Shown here: positions 38,245 to 49,441 of the stretch, in pieces | Layout: every line of letters begins with the position of its first letter | Position numbering within the stretch: position 1 is the stretch's first letter | Assembly: GCA_044359075.1 (NCBI GenBank) | Contig: JBIKMU010000011.1 | Location: 7,306 to 71,305 of the forward strand | From: Cyanobium sp. | Lineage (GTDB): Bacteria > Cyanobacteriota > Cyanobacteriia > PCC-6307 > Cyanobiaceae | Reading direction: 5' to 3' | DNA: 64,000 nt | Notes under the pieces: generated by a model | What the model was told of the DNA's origin: nothing | The model's input: the letters and a program-made list of their open reading frames with translations, nothing else | The model's database searches: none | Translations under genes and position numbers: made by a program

Positions 38245-40302
38245 ATGGCCAACGCCGCTACCAGCACCGAACTCAGGACACTCATCCAAAACGCAAACAT
38301 ATTAGATCCCATAATAAATCTAACCGCTTTAACGCCAAATGTTTACAGTGTTACCACTCTAGCGTAAACACCAAGCAATAGTTCTCAGCCGGCAGTTCCA
38401 TTCAGTGGCTATACAATTCAAAGCAGCGTGGCGCTATCTCCACCCGCACAGGGGGCTAGTACAGCTGCCGCATTAACAAGAGAATTTTCTAACACCCGCA
38501 TTTACCAGCAGAATATAGATGGCCCCTATTCTCCAGGTCTTATCAAAGATGTTGAGCTAATTTATTCAACAGGTAACGACGCTCTGCTTAGTGCCACAAC
38601 TGGTAACTTCGCCCTAAGTAATGTTAGATTTACCGGAAATCACATTGGCTGGGCCGGGAATGGCAATAAATATATTTCCTTGACTTCCTTTAATGCGGCA
38701 ACTCCCCTAAACGTTCCTCTTTCGCTCACCAATGTATCAGTCACGATTAGCGGACAAAATGGATTCGATGGAACCAACGGCGGTTCGGCTTTCCTGCATA
38801 GCTGGAATAACAGTGGTGCTGTATCGATTAAGAATAGCAGCTTTGATGAGTCCGGGTTTGCAAGTACCCTGAACCTCCTTGGTACGGGTGCATTACCCTC
38901 AGGCAACTATACCATAACCAACAACTCCTTCAATCGTACCACTAATGCCCTTAACCGCACAGTACGGCCTTCAGGCAACAGGCTGCAAAACGTTAATGCC
39001 ACCCTGAGTAACAACATATTAACGCAAGGTTCTTACCTTGACCTCTACGGAAATATCTCGGGGATCACGCTCACAAGCAACACATTCACCACCATCACCA
39101 ATGGTTACGGTATACGTATCACCTCCCCCAACACCGGCGCGGCACCAACACTTTCGGGAACCAACGTGTTCACTGGGGCCGGTCTGGCATTAAAATACGT
39201 TAATGCGACTGCCAATACGTCTTACACCCTTACAACAGGCGGCACCATAACCGTTGGCGGAAGCACCTTTGTCAACCTCATCGCAGGTGGCCAGAGTGAT
39301 GATGTGATTTCAGGAACTGCCAACGTCGCCGACTGGATCAATGGCGATGATGGCAATGACAGCATCAGCGGCTTCGCCGGCAATGATTTCATTCTGGGTG
39401 GAGCCGGAAACGACACCATCGAAGGAGGACTAGGTGGCGACACCCTCAATGGAGGCACCGGAACCGATACCCTTTCCTATGCCAGTTCCAGCGCAGCAGT
39501 AACCGTAGATATAGGGGCGAATACTGCAAGTGGGGGAGATGCGCAAAGCGATGTCATATCACTCTTTGAAAATCTCATCGGCAGTGCCTATGCAGACACT
39601 CTGACTGGTAGTTCTGCTGCAAACATCCTCACGGGAGGAGCAGGTGCGGACAACATGAATGGGGGCATCGGAAATGACACCCTGGATGGCGGACTTGACA
39701 ATGACACCCTAGATGGAGGAGCTAACAATGATAGCTTGATAGGCGGTGTTGGCCTGGACTCACTCCTTGGCGGTACTGGCAATGACACCCTGGATGGCGG
39801 ACTTGACAATGACACCCTGGATGGCGGAGATGGCGCTGATAGCTTGATAGGTGGCGCTGGCCTGGACTCACTCCTTGGTGGTATTGGCAATGACACCATG
39901 GATGGCGGAGATGCTATTGACACCTTGGATGGCGGAGATGACGGTGACTTCCTCTATGGTGATCTTGGCAATGACACTCTGACTGGTGGCAATGGTAACG
40001 ACCGTTTTTACTTTAACACTGCCCTCAATGCTTCCACCAATTTGGACACCATCACTGACTTCAAGGCAGGGGGTGCCACTGACAGAATCTTTCTCTCATC
40101 TACTATTTTCACCGGGCTTGTAATCGGCACCCTGGCTGTCGCCGATTTTGGAACTTCAGCGGCTGTAGGGGCAGACGTGGTGGCTAGCGGCGGAGGTCTT
40201 TACTTCTTGTCTGGAGGATCGGCAAATCTCGGTGATTACACTCAGTTCGCCACTCTCACGGGCTCACCAACAGTTGCTAGAACGGATTTCGTTGTGTTCT
40301 GA
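38245..40302 (+). CDS. RTX Ca-binding protein, paralog 2; in-frame TAA at 38365 separates the N-terminal 40 codons from the 624-codon remainder (possible pseudogene or restart at 38428)
   Basis: Many GGxGxDxL nonapeptides; core shared with paralog 1; frame is continuous across the stop. Confidence 0.75.
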
Positions 40303-40438
40303 GGCTTGTGCAGGCGCCCGCCGAAGCGCCTTTCCTCCCAGCAGGCGTTGATCAAGCCCCTACCCCAACCCATCCCCTCTCAATGAGGGGATGGGTTGAT
40401 TGATGGCCACACGGGGAGATCCTTGCAACCATCCCGCC

Positions 40439-41260
40439 TCACCACCACCGCCGCCTGGCCAGCAGCAGCCCCCCCAGCCCCAGCCAGCCCAGCAGCCCGC
40501 CGATCGGGTTAGCAGGACCGATCAGCCAGCTGGGTGCCGTGGCGCTCACCTGCACCAGCCCTTGCACCAGCAGAAACCAGCCCCCCACCAGGCCGCCGTG
40601 GAGTCCGATCGCACCCCAAAGCAGCCCGCCATCGGCCCGGCGCTGCAGCCCCAGGGCTAAACCGAGCAACAGCAATCCTGCCAATAGCCCGAGCAACTGC
40701 AGCGGCGGCAGGTTGAAGCGGGTGTGCACCAGGCTGAACACAGCCGCCTGAAGCCACAGCGCCCTTTGCCTGCCAAGGAGCAGGCTGAGCTCACCCATCA
40801 GCCAGCCCCGAAACAGCAGCTCCTCGGCAAAGCCCACCCCCAGGCCTAGCAGCAGGGCGTTGAGTACCAGCGGTGCCGTGAGCCACGGCTGCCAGCTCAG
40901 CTGACCAGCCATGGCAAGGCCGGCGGCCACCAGGCCCAGCAGCAACAGGGCTTTGATCAGGCCTCGCAGCAGGGCCCTAGCCACGGCCGGCGCCGCTGCC
41001 CTCACCCCCAGGTTCCGCCAGGGTTCGCTGCTCCCCCAAGCCCGCCGCAGCCGGGCAGGAAGGCTCACCAGCAGGGCAAGCACGGCGGGCAGGGCCGCCA
41101 GGGAGGTCTGAGCAGCCAGCGGCACGCCGACCAGGCCGAGCAGCAGCTGCATGCCCAGAAACACACCCATCAGAGCCGTGGGATACAGCACCGAGCCCCA
41201 CCAGCGCAGGGAACGGGGCAGCGAGGCCGGTGCACCGGCCTCTGGGGCATCCGGGGCCAT
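40439..41260 (-). CDS. CPBP/CAAX family intramembrane metalloprotease
   Basis: GFAEELLFRG, FSLVH, IGLHGG motifs. Confidence 0.88.
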   Translation of the reverse strand: MAPDAPEAGAPASLPRSLRWWGSVLYPTALMGVFLGMQLLLGLVGVPLAAQTSLAALPAVLALLVSLPARLRRAWGSSEPWRNLGVRAAAPAVARALLRGLIKALLLLGLVAAGLAMAGQLSWQPWLTAPLVLNALLLGLGVGFAEELLFRGWLMGELSLLLGRQRALWLQAAVFSLVHTRFNLPPLQLLGLLAGLLLLGLALGLQRRADGGLLWGAIGLHGGLVGGWFLLVQGLVQVSATAPSWLIGPANPIGGLLGWLGLGGLLLARRRWW

Positions 41261-41265
41261 GCCGC

Positions 41266-41655
41266 TCAGCTCTCCGGTTCGATCGTGCTGGTGAGCCCCT
41301 TGGCCTTGAGGGTTTCGCAATAGAACTCGGCCGGTTCGATGTCGCACACGATCACCAGGCCCACGCCGGTGTTGTGGGTTTCGAGCATCACGGCGATGGC
41401 ATCCTGCTCACTAAGGCTCGGCACCACCTGCCGCAGGGTGACCACCACGTATTCCATGGAGTTCACCGGATCGTTGTGCAGCAGCACCTTGTAGCGAGGC
41501 GAGGTTTTGCGCACCCGCTCCGGGGCCTTGTCGAGCACCGTGGCGCCGCCGGGGGCCTGGCCGGGGCTGGCGCTGGCCAGGCTGGCAACGGTGTCGCCAG
41601 CCCGGGGCTGAGCGCCAATGGCGGGAGCTGAAACTATTCGGTGGTTGGGATTCAC
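41266..41655 (-). CDS. clpS: ATP-dependent Clp protease adaptor ClpS (start uncertain)
   Basis: RYKVLLHNDPVNSMEYVV, AVMLETHNTGVGLV. Confidence 0.92.
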   Translation of the reverse strand: MNPNHRIVSAPAIGAQPRAGDTVASLASASPGQAPGGATVLDKAPERVRKTSPRYKVLLHNDPVNSMEYVVVTLRQVVPSLSEQDAIAVMLETHNTGVGLVIVCDIEPAEFYCETLKAKGLTSTIEPES

Positions 41656-41809
41656 GCTTGAGCCGTTCACGGTGACAAGGGGGGTGAGGCGCGGATAGTG
41701 GCTGGCGCGGCTGACGTTGATCCGCCCAACCAACCTGCTGGCGGCAACCCCCTGAGCCGCTGGAACAGGCGCTGTGAATTCTAGGGCTGATCTTCGCTGA
41801 GATTGATCT

Positions 41810-43036
41810 TTAGAGCGCACGTACCCGCCGCATCGCCTCCTCCACATTGGCGCGGCTGTTGAAGGCCGAGAGGCGGAAGTAGCCCTCGCCGGCGGCGCCG
41901 AAGCCGCTGCCGGGGGTACCCACCACATGGGCCTGGCCCAGCAGGTGGTCAAAGAAGCCCCAGGAATCCAGACCCTCAGGGGTTTTCAGCCACACGTAGG
42001 GGGCCTGCTCGCCGCCATACACGCGGATGCCCGCCGCCGTGAGCTCGCGGCGGATCAGGGCGGCGTTGTCCATGTAGAAATCGATCAGGGCCTTCACCTG
42101 GGCCTGGCCCTCGGGTGAATACACCGCCTCGGCGCCGCGCTGCACGATGTAGCTCACACCGTTGAACTTGGTGCACTGGCGGCGGTTCCACAGGCCCCAG
42201 AGCTCCACCTTCTCGCCGTTAGCGGCCGTGCCCATCAGCCCCCGGGGCACCACGGTGAGGGCGCAGCGGGTGCCGGTGAAGCCGGCGTTTTTGGAGAAGG
42301 AGCGGAATTCGATCGCGCACTGGCGGGCGCCCTCGATCTCATAGATCGAATGGGGCAGCTCCGGGTCGCGGATGAAGGCCTCGTAGGCGGCGTCGAACAG
42401 GATCAGGGCGTCGTTGGCCAGGGCGTAGTCCACCCATTGCTTCAGCTGCTCCCGGCTGGCCACGGCGCCGGTGGGGTTGTTGGGGAAACAGAGGTAGATC
42501 AGATCCACTTTCCCTTCGGGCAGGGGCGCGGTGAAGCCGTTGTCCGCCGTGATCGGCAGGTAGGTGAGTCCGCCGTACTGGCCGCTGCCGTCGGCCTCGC
42601 CGGTGCGGCCGGCCATCACGTTGCTGTCCACGTACACCGGATACACCGGGTCGGTCACGGCGATGCGGTTGCCCTCGCCCAGGATGTCGAGGATGTTGCT
42701 GCTGTCGCACTTGGAGCCATCGGAGATGAAGATCTCCTCGGCGTTCACCTCGCAGCCGCGGGCCTGGAAATCCTGCTTCGCGATCGCTTCGCGCAACCAC
42801 AGGTAGCCCTGCTCGGGCCCGTAGCCGTGAAAGCCCTCGCGGGTTCCCAGTTCATCCACCGCCGCCTTCATGGCGGTGCGGCAGGCCTCGGGCAAGGGTT
42901 CGGTCACATCGCCGATGCCCAGGCGAATGATCGGTGCCTCGGGGTTGGCGTCGCTGAAGGCCTTCACCCGCCGGGCGATCTCCGGAAACAAATAGCCCGC
43001 CTTGAGCTTGAGATAATTCTCGTTGACCTTGACCAT
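41810..43036 (-). CDS. dapL: LL-diaminopimelate aminotransferase
   Basis: [41 protein letters not shown]. Confidence 0.96.
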   Translation of the reverse strand: MVKVNENYLKLKAGYLFPEIARRVKAFSDANPEAPIIRLGIGDVTEPLPEACRTAMKAAVDELGTREGFHGYGPEQGYLWLREAIAKQDFQARGCEVNAEEIFISDGSKCDSSNILDILGEGNRIAVTDPVYPVYVDSNVMAGRTGEADGSGQYGGLTYLPITADNGFTAPLPEGKVDLIYLCFPNNPTGAVASREQLKQWVDYALANDALILFDAAYEAFIRDPELPHSIYEIEGARQCAIEFRSFSKNAGFTGTRCALTVVPRGLMGTAANGEKVELWGLWNRRQCTKFNGVSYIVQRGAEAVYSPEGQAQVKALIDFYMDNAALIRRELTAAGIRVYGGEQAPYVWLKTPEGLDSWGFFDHLLGQAHVVGTPGSGFGAAGEGYFRLSAFNSRANVEEAMRRVRAL

Positions 43037-43130
43037 GGTGAAGCGCCCGAGCAGCAGGGATGGCGGGATTGTCCTATGGCGCCCGTCCCCTGCCTGCGTT
43101 CAGCCGGTGCCGCCCAGGGGTCCCAACCGT

Positions 43131-44288
43131 TCAGAGCCCCTCGGAGCTGCAGGCCTGCAGGGGCGGGCGCACCCAGATGCCCGGCCGGGCTTCGAAGGCC
43201 TGATCCACCGGCGCGATCAGTTCGGCGCGCTCCGGTTGCAGCTGCCCCACCAGCTCATGGAAGCCCCGGGACACCCTTGGCGCTTTGGACAGCTTGATCT
43301 CGAAAACCCGCCACCGCTGACCTCGCTCCAGTACCAGGTCGAGCTCGGCGCCGTTGCTGGTGCGCAGGAAGTGGGGCCGCCAGCGCGGATGGGCGGCGAT
43401 CAGCTGCTCGATCACGAAGCCCTCCCAGCTCTCGCCGGCCTGGGGATGGGCCAGCAGGTCGTCGTAAGTCTCGATGCCCAGGAGGTTGTGCAGCAGGCCG
43501 CTGTCGCGCAGGTAAAGCTTGGGGGTGCGCACCAAACGCTTGCTGAGATTGGCCTCCAGCGGTGGCAGCAGCCGCAGCATGAAGGTCTGCTCAAGCACCG
43601 CCAGCAATTGTTTGAGCCGGGTGCTGCGCAGATCCAGCAGTCCCGCCAGCCTGCTGGCATTGAGCGTCTGGCCCTGGCTGTGGGCCAGGAGCCGCCACAG
43701 GCGCTCCATCAGCGGCAGGGGCAGACCCAGCTCCAGCGAGGCGATGTCTCTCCCCAGGAAAGTGCGGATGAAATCCTCGCGCCAGTCGAGGCTGTCTTCG
43801 TCGGCTGCCGCCAGCAGGCTCTCCGGAAAGCCCCCGCGCAGCCAAAGCTGCTGCCAGCCAATCGCCTGCGCCACCTCCTTGAGCAGCAAGGGGGTGAGCT
43901 CCACCTGGGCGATGCGGCCGGCCAGGCTTTCATGGCTCTGGCGCAGCAGGGGGCCGGACGCCGAGCCGAGCAGCAGAAAGCGGCCGGGCCGGCGATCGCG
44001 GTCGATCTCGGCGCGCAACAGGCTGAAAAACTCCGGCAGCAGCTGGATTTCATCGAGACAGACCAGCTGCTGGCGATGGGCTTCGAAGAACAGCTCCGGC
44101 TCCTGCAGTCGGGCGCGATCAGCCCGGTCCTGCAGATCGAGGATCACCGCATCGCCCCGCTGGGCCAGCAGCTGCCTGGCCAGGGTGGATTTGCCGCACT
44201 GGCGCGGCCCTAGCAGCAGGGCCGCAGGTGCCCTTGCCAGGGCCTTTGCCAGCGTCGCGCCCGCTTCCCGGGAAAAATAACCATGCAT
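43131..44288 (-). CDS. AAA_14 ATPase with DUF4143-like C-terminus
   Basis: GPRQCGKST Walker A, LDEIQ Walker B, LLGSAS, RGGFPE, KLYLRDSGL, ELDLV..FEIK. Confidence 0.88.
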   Translation of the reverse strand: MHGYFSREAGATLAKALARAPAALLLGPRQCGKSTLARQLLAQRGDAVILDLQDRADRARLQEPELFFEAHRQQLVCLDEIQLLPEFFSLLRAEIDRDRRPGRFLLLGSASGPLLRQSHESLAGRIAQVELTPLLLKEVAQAIGWQQLWLRGGFPESLLAAADEDSLDWREDFIRTFLGRDIASLELGLPLPLMERLWRLLAHSQGQTLNASRLAGLLDLRSTRLKQLLAVLEQTFMLRLLPPLEANLSKRLVRTPKLYLRDSGLLHNLLGIETYDDLLAHPQAGESWEGFVIEQLIAAHPRWRPHFLRTSNGAELDLVLERGQRWRVFEIKLSKAPRVSRGFHELVGQLQPERAELIAPVDQAFEARPGIWVRPPLQACSSEGL

Positions 44289-44313
44289 TTCTGCAGCTTA
44301 AGCACAAATTTGC

Positions 44314-47106
44314 ATGGTTCTCTGTCTTTCACCCTTGGCCGGTCTGCCAGGCCCGCACCTGCCCCGGCCCGCATACGCCTGCATACGATCGTTTCCTCGC
44401 CCTGCCGCGGTCCCCGTGCTCCTCGCAGCCATCCAGTCGCGCGAGCCCATCGACTTCGAGGCCCTGATCGGCCCCGACATCCTCAAACCCGGCCGCTACC
44501 TGGGCAACGAACTCGGCATCCAGCCGCGCGATTGGCCCCAGGCCTGGGCCGAGGCCGGTGTGCGCTGGGCCCTCACCTACCCCGAGGTCTACGAGGTGGG
44601 GGCCAGCAACCTGGGCCACATCATTCTCTATTCGATTCTCAACAGCGTTCCCGGCCAGCTCTGCGATCGCTCTTACCTGCCGGCGCCCGACCTCAGTCAG
44701 CGCCTGCGCCAGCAAGGCCTGCCCCTGTTCGCGGTCGAAAGCCGCCGCCCCCTGCACGCCTTCGACATCCTCGGCTTCAGCCTCAGCTACGAATTAGGCG
44801 CCACCAACATCCTGGAGATGCTGGATCTGGCCGGCATTCCCCTCAGAGCCGCCGACCGGGGTGATCTGCCCCTGGCCGATCCGGCGGCGCCGCCCTTGAT
44901 TTTTGCCGGCGGACCGACCGCCACCAGCAACCCCGAGCCCTTCGCCGCCTTTTTTGATTTCATCGCCCTCGGCGATGGCGAAGAACTGTTGCCCGAAATC
45001 GGCTTGGTGGTTGCCGAAGCACGGGCCGCCGGCCTCAGCCGCCGCGATCTGCTGCGCGACCTGGCCCAGGTGCCGGGGGTCTACGTGCCCTCCCTTTATG
45101 GGCCCGGAGCGGATGGGGTCAGCGTGGTGCCGTTGGAGCCCGGACTGCCAGCGCGCCTGCTGCGGCGCACGGCCACGCCGATGCCCCATTACGCCATGGG
45201 CCTGGTGCCCCACATCGAGACGGTGCACGACCGCCTCACGGTTGAAATCCGCCGCGGCTGCACCCGCGGCTGCCGCTTCTGCCAACCAGGCATGCTCACC
45301 CGCCCCGCCCGGGATGTGGAACCAGAAGCGGTGATCGAAGCGGTGCAAGAGGGGATGAAACGCACCGGCTATGCCGATTTCTCCCTGCTGTCGCTCAGTT
45401 GCTCCGACTACCTGGCCCTGCCCGCCGTTGGCGTCGAATTGCGCAACCGCCTGGCGGAACACAACATCAGCCTCACCCTGCCCAGCCAGCGGGTCGACCG
45501 CTTCGATGCCGATATTGCCCACATCCTCGGGGGCACCCGTCGGGCCGGCCTCACCTTCGCCCCCGAAGCCGGCAGCCAGCGCCTGCGCGACATCGTCAAT
45601 AAAGGCCTGACCGACGATGAACTGCTGCAAGGCATCCGCACGGCGATGCAAACCGGCTACCGCAAGGTCAAGTTGTATTTCATGATTGGCCTGCCGGGGG
45701 AAACCGATGCAGATGTGCTCGCAATTGCCGCCACCTGTCGGCGCCTGCAGGAGCAATGCCGCGACCTGGGCCGCTTGGAGTTAAACCTCACCATCAGCAA
45801 TTTCACCCCCAAACCCCACACCCCCTTCCAGTGGCACAGCGTCAGCAGCGCTGAATTCGAGCGGCGCCAGCAGCTACTGCGCCAAGCCCTGAGGCCCCTT
45901 CAGGGCCTCAAAACCAACTACACCGACCGGCGCCTCTCGGCCGTGGAGGATTTCATTGGCAGGGGCGACCGGCGCCTGGCCCCCGTCATTGAAGCGGCCT
46001 GGCGGGCCGGGGCCGGGCTGGATGCCTGGTTTGAATCGGCGGAACGCAGCCATGCCGCCTGGCGCAGCGCCATCGTTGCCGCGGGACTGGAGGGCCGTTA
46101 TCGCGCCCTGGAGCTGGGGGACTGGCAGGCCGCCGCAGCCATGGACGCCGCCGACCTGGATCGCTTCTGTGACCAACCCCTGCCCTGGGATCACATTGAT
46201 ACGGGCCTGAGCAAGCGCTGGCTGGCCGAAGACCTCGGCCGCGCCCTGGAGGCGGCCACCGTGCCGGACTGCTCCTTTGAGGGATGCAGCCACTGCGGCG
46301 TCTGTGGCCCAGACCTGGGCCACAACATCGCCATCCCGCCGCCGCCCATCCCAACGCGCCTGCCCCAGCAGCCGCCCGCCAGTGAGCGGGTCCAACGGCT
46401 GCGCTTCAAGTTCAGTAAAACCGGCTCCCTGGCCCTGATCGGCCACCTCGACACCCTGCGCCTGCTGGAGCGGGCCCTGCGCCGCAGCCAGATCCCCATC
46501 AGCCATACGGGGGGCTTCCACCCCTTGCCCCGCATCCATTTTGGTCAGCCCCTGCCCCTCGGCAGCGAAGGGTTGGCGGAATGGCTGGAGCTGGAGTTGA
46601 TCGCCCCGCTGCAACCCCAAGCCGCCCTGACTGCCCTGCAGAGCCAACTGCCCAGCGAATTCCAGTTGCTTGCGGCCGAACAGGTCGCCCTCGATGGCCC
46701 CAGCCTCTCGGCCCTGGTCACTGGCGCCCTTTGGCAGTTTGAGACCTCCAGCGTCGATGGTCTGCCCGCCCCTAGCCTGGAAGAGTGGCAAGCGGCGCTC
46801 ACGGCCCTGCTGGCCGCCAGCGAGCTGCCATGGCAGGACACCGACAAAAAGGGCAGGCCGCGGCAACGGGATTACAGGCAGCTCTTGCTTGACCTGCGCC
46901 TGGTGTCTCCGGCTGCTGCGGCAGCGGGCCAGGTTGGCCAAAGCGCAGCGGTTCAAATCACCTTGGCGAGCGCCATCACTCCCCAGGGGCTGGGGCTGAA
47001 ACCCAACCATCTCTGCCTCTGGTTGGGCCACCAGCTCGGTCGCACCCTGCGGACCGACCGCCACCGCCGCCTGGCCCTGACCCTCGCTGACTGCGTGCTA
47101 GCTTGA
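44314..47106 (+). CDS. B12-binding radical SAM protein fused to a DUF2344-like domain (start uncertain)
   Basis: KPGRYLGNE, RGCTRGCRFCQ, FTPKPHTPFQW, then IGHLD and GGFHPLPRI. Confidence 0.88.
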   Translation: MVLCLSPLAGLPGPHLPRPAYACIRSFPRPAAVPVLLAAIQSREPIDFEALIGPDILKPGRYLGNELGIQPRDWPQAWAEAGVRWALTYPEVYEVGASNLGHIILYSILNSVPGQLCDRSYLPAPDLSQRLRQQGLPLFAVESRRPLHAFDILGFSLSYELGATNILEMLDLAGIPLRAADRGDLPLADPAAPPLIFAGGPTATSNPEPFAAFFDFIALGDGEELLPEIGLVVAEARAAGLSRRDLLRDLAQVPGVYVPSLYGPGADGVSVVPLEPGLPARLLRRTATPMPHYAMGLVPHIETVHDRLTVEIRRGCTRGCRFCQPGMLTRPARDVEPEAVIEAVQEGMKRTGYADFSLLSLSCSDYLALPAVGVELRNRLAEHNISLTLPSQRVDRFDADIAHILGGTRRAGLTFAPEAGSQRLRDIVNKGLTDDELLQGIRTAMQTGYRKVKLYFMIGLPGETDADVLAIAATCRRLQEQCRDLGRLELNLTISNFTPKPHTPFQWHSVSSAEFERRQQLLRQALRPLQGLKTNYTDRRLSAVEDFIGRGDRRLAPVIEAAWRAGAGLDAWFESAERSHAAWRSAIVAAGLEGRYRALELGDWQAAAAMDAADLDRFCDQPLPWDHIDTGLSKRWLAEDLGRALEAATVPDCSFEGCSHCGVCGPDLGHNIAIPPPPIPTRLPQQPPASERVQRLRFKFSKTGSLALIGHLDTLRLLERALRRSQIPISHTGGFHPLPRIHFGQPLPLGSEGLAEWLELELIAPLQPQAALTALQSQLPSEFQLLAAEQVALDGPSLSALVTGALWQFETSSVDGLPAPSLEEWQAALTALLAASELPWQDTDKKGRPRQRDYRQLLLDLRLVSPAAAAAGQVGQSAAVQITLASAITPQGLGLKPNHLCLWLGHQLGRTLRTDRHRRLALTLADCVLA

Positions 47107-47475
47107 TCCTAAGACGGTAAAGGTACAACGGGTTCGTATCCGACTCCTATCCGTCCAGGATTTTCCTTTTGGCCCATGCCTTTCACCAGGCGCACCAAGG
47201 GAACTCCTCGCCTTCAGCGACGCGCGTTCGGCCATTGCTTAACTTCGGGTGAGGCCCATGCCCCCCTCCACCAGCAACTAACTGGTAGAATTTTTAATCT
47301 CTTTCAAACAACTTGATCCCTCAGGTTTGTTTCTTCTCATTCCATTACTTGGCAAGACTTAGCTGGTTTAGCTGATCGGCGCGGTTTTTCACACACCGCC
47401 TTCGCAGCGCCCCGTTAGGTCACCGGTTATTCCACTCCTGACCCCGGCAGGGCTCCTTGAGCCCGTATCTCTTCT

Positions 47476-49425
47476 ATGCCCCAACAGATCGTCATCGCCG
47501 AGCACCTGCGCATCGCCGCCGTGCTCACCGACGACCGAATCGATGAACTTGTAGTGGCCCAAGGCCGCTATCAGATTGGCGATGTCTATCTTGGCACCGT
47601 CGAAAACGTCCTACCTGGAATCGATGCAGCCTTCGTAAATATCGGTGAGAGCGAAAAAAACGGTTTCATTCACATCACCGATCTAGGCCCCCTCCGCTTG
47701 AAGAAAGGCGGAGCCGGCATCACAGAACTACTCGAACCTCGCCAGAAAGTGCTGGTGCAGGTCATGAAGGAACCCACCGGCACCAAGGGGCCAAGGCTCA
47801 CCGGCAATTTGACCCTCCCCGGCCGTTTTCTCGTGCTCCAGCCCCAGGGCCAGGGTGTGAATATCTCGCGGCGCATCGTCAGCGAAAACGAGCGCAACCG
47901 GCTGCGGGCCCTTGGCGTGCTGATCAAGCCCCCCGGCGCCGGATTGCTGATCCGTACGGAAGCCGAAGAGGTAAGTGAAGAGCTGTTGATTGACGACCTC
48001 GAAACCTTGCTGAGGCAATGGGAAGCCATACAGTTGGCTGCCGACACCGCTACCCCCCCGGTTCTGCTGAACCGTGATGAAGACTTCGTCCACCGGGTGC
48101 TGCGAGACCTTTACAAACCGGAGGTTACTCGGGTCGTCGTCGAGAGCCCCGAGGCGGTGGCCCGGGTCAATGCCTTCCTGGGTCCTGACCAGGCCAGCCT
48201 GGACGTCGAATGTTTCCAGGAATCAACCGAAATTCTTGAACATTTCCGGGTCAATGCCGCCATCCGGGATGCCCTGCGCCCCAGGGTTGATCTGCCCTCC
48301 GGTGGCTACATCATCATTGAACCGACAGAGGCGCTGACTGTCATTGATGTCAACTCCGGCTCCTTTACCCGTTCGGCCAATGCCCGCGAAACCGTGCTCT
48401 GGACCAACTGTGAGGCGGCCGTAGAAATCTCCCGCCAGCTCAAACTGCGCAACATTGGCGGTGTTGTGGTGATCGATTTCATCGACATGGAATCGCGGCG
48501 CGATCAACTGCAACTCCTCGAACACTTCACCCAGGCGAGTCAAGATGACTCGGCCCGGCCCCAGATCGCCCAACTCACAGAACTGGGCTTGGTGGAGCTG
48601 ACCCGCAAACGCCAGGGTCAAAACATCTACGAACTGTTCAGCCGGGCCTGCCCCAGCTGCGGCGGCCTGGGCCATGTGGCCGTGCTTCCCGGCAAAGACA
48701 CGCTCCAACCCCTTGCCAACCTCCCTGGCGTTGTGCGCTCCGCTGCCTCCGCCCGCGCTGAGGTGCCCAGTCCTGCCCTTGCCGCCGACCCCGGCAACGG
48801 TGGCCGCCGCCGCACCCGGCGCGGTGGCCGGGTCGATACGGCAGCGCCTGATCTAGACCTTGGCACCGCCAGCGAGCCAACGCCCCAACCCTCGCCCGAC
48901 CAAGATCAACAGGACAGCCCCCTTGCCTCCCCATTTGCGGCCCCTTCCCGTCGCAGCGAACCAGACATCCTGGTGGTGCCGATGCAGCAAAACCAGGAGC
49001 AAGTCTTTGGCTGGATGGGCTTCAGTCCTGCCCTGCTGCTTGATCCAGTCCCAGCCACCGACAATCTCTTGGTCCGGGTGGCGAGGCCAGGAATTGATCC
49101 CGAGACAGTGAGGGAAGAGGCCAGAGCGCAACTGGCCACCAACGGTTCTCGCCGCCGCCGCCGCGGGCGGGGTGGCGAGGCAAGGGGCAGCGAAACGCCG
49201 GGTGTTGAAGAGCCGCTGCCAACCCTGACTGCCGTGATGGACCCCCAGGAGGAGCGCCAAGAACTGATCACAATCCCGGTCTTGCCGACTTTCCCGTCCT
49301 TGCTCGAACTGCCCCCTGAATCAACGCCTCTGCCCGTCAACAACCAAGCCCCACCGGCTGAAAATCCTGACGAGGGCGGTGATGAATACCGGCGGCGCCG
49401 GCGGCGCTCGTCAGCGACACTCTGA
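47476..49425 (+). CDS. rne: ribonuclease E/G
   Basis: [41 protein letters not shown]. Confidence 0.96.
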   Translation: MPQQIVIAEHLRIAAVLTDDRIDELVVAQGRYQIGDVYLGTVENVLPGIDAAFVNIGESEKNGFIHITDLGPLRLKKGGAGITELLEPRQKVLVQVMKEPTGTKGPRLTGNLTLPGRFLVLQPQGQGVNISRRIVSENERNRLRALGVLIKPPGAGLLIRTEAEEVSEELLIDDLETLLRQWEAIQLAADTATPPVLLNRDEDFVHRVLRDLYKPEVTRVVVESPEAVARVNAFLGPDQASLDVECFQESTEILEHFRVNAAIRDALRPRVDLPSGGYIIIEPTEALTVIDVNSGSFTRSANARETVLWTNCEAAVEISRQLKLRNIGGVVVIDFIDMESRRDQLQLLEHFTQASQDDSARPQIAQLTELGLVELTRKRQGQNIYELFSRACPSCGGLGHVAVLPGKDTLQPLANLPGVVRSAASARAEVPSPALAADPGNGGRRRTRRGGRVDTAAPDLDLGTASEPTPQPSPDQDQQDSPLASPFAAPSRRSEPDILVVPMQQNQEQVFGWMGFSPALLLDPVPATDNLLVRVARPGIDPETVREEARAQLATNGSRRRRRGRGGEARGSETPGVEEPLPTLTAVMDPQEERQELITIPVLPTFPSLLELPPESTPLPVNNQAPPAENPDEGGDEYRRRRRRSSATL

Positions 49426-49441
49426 TATCAATAACCAGCCG

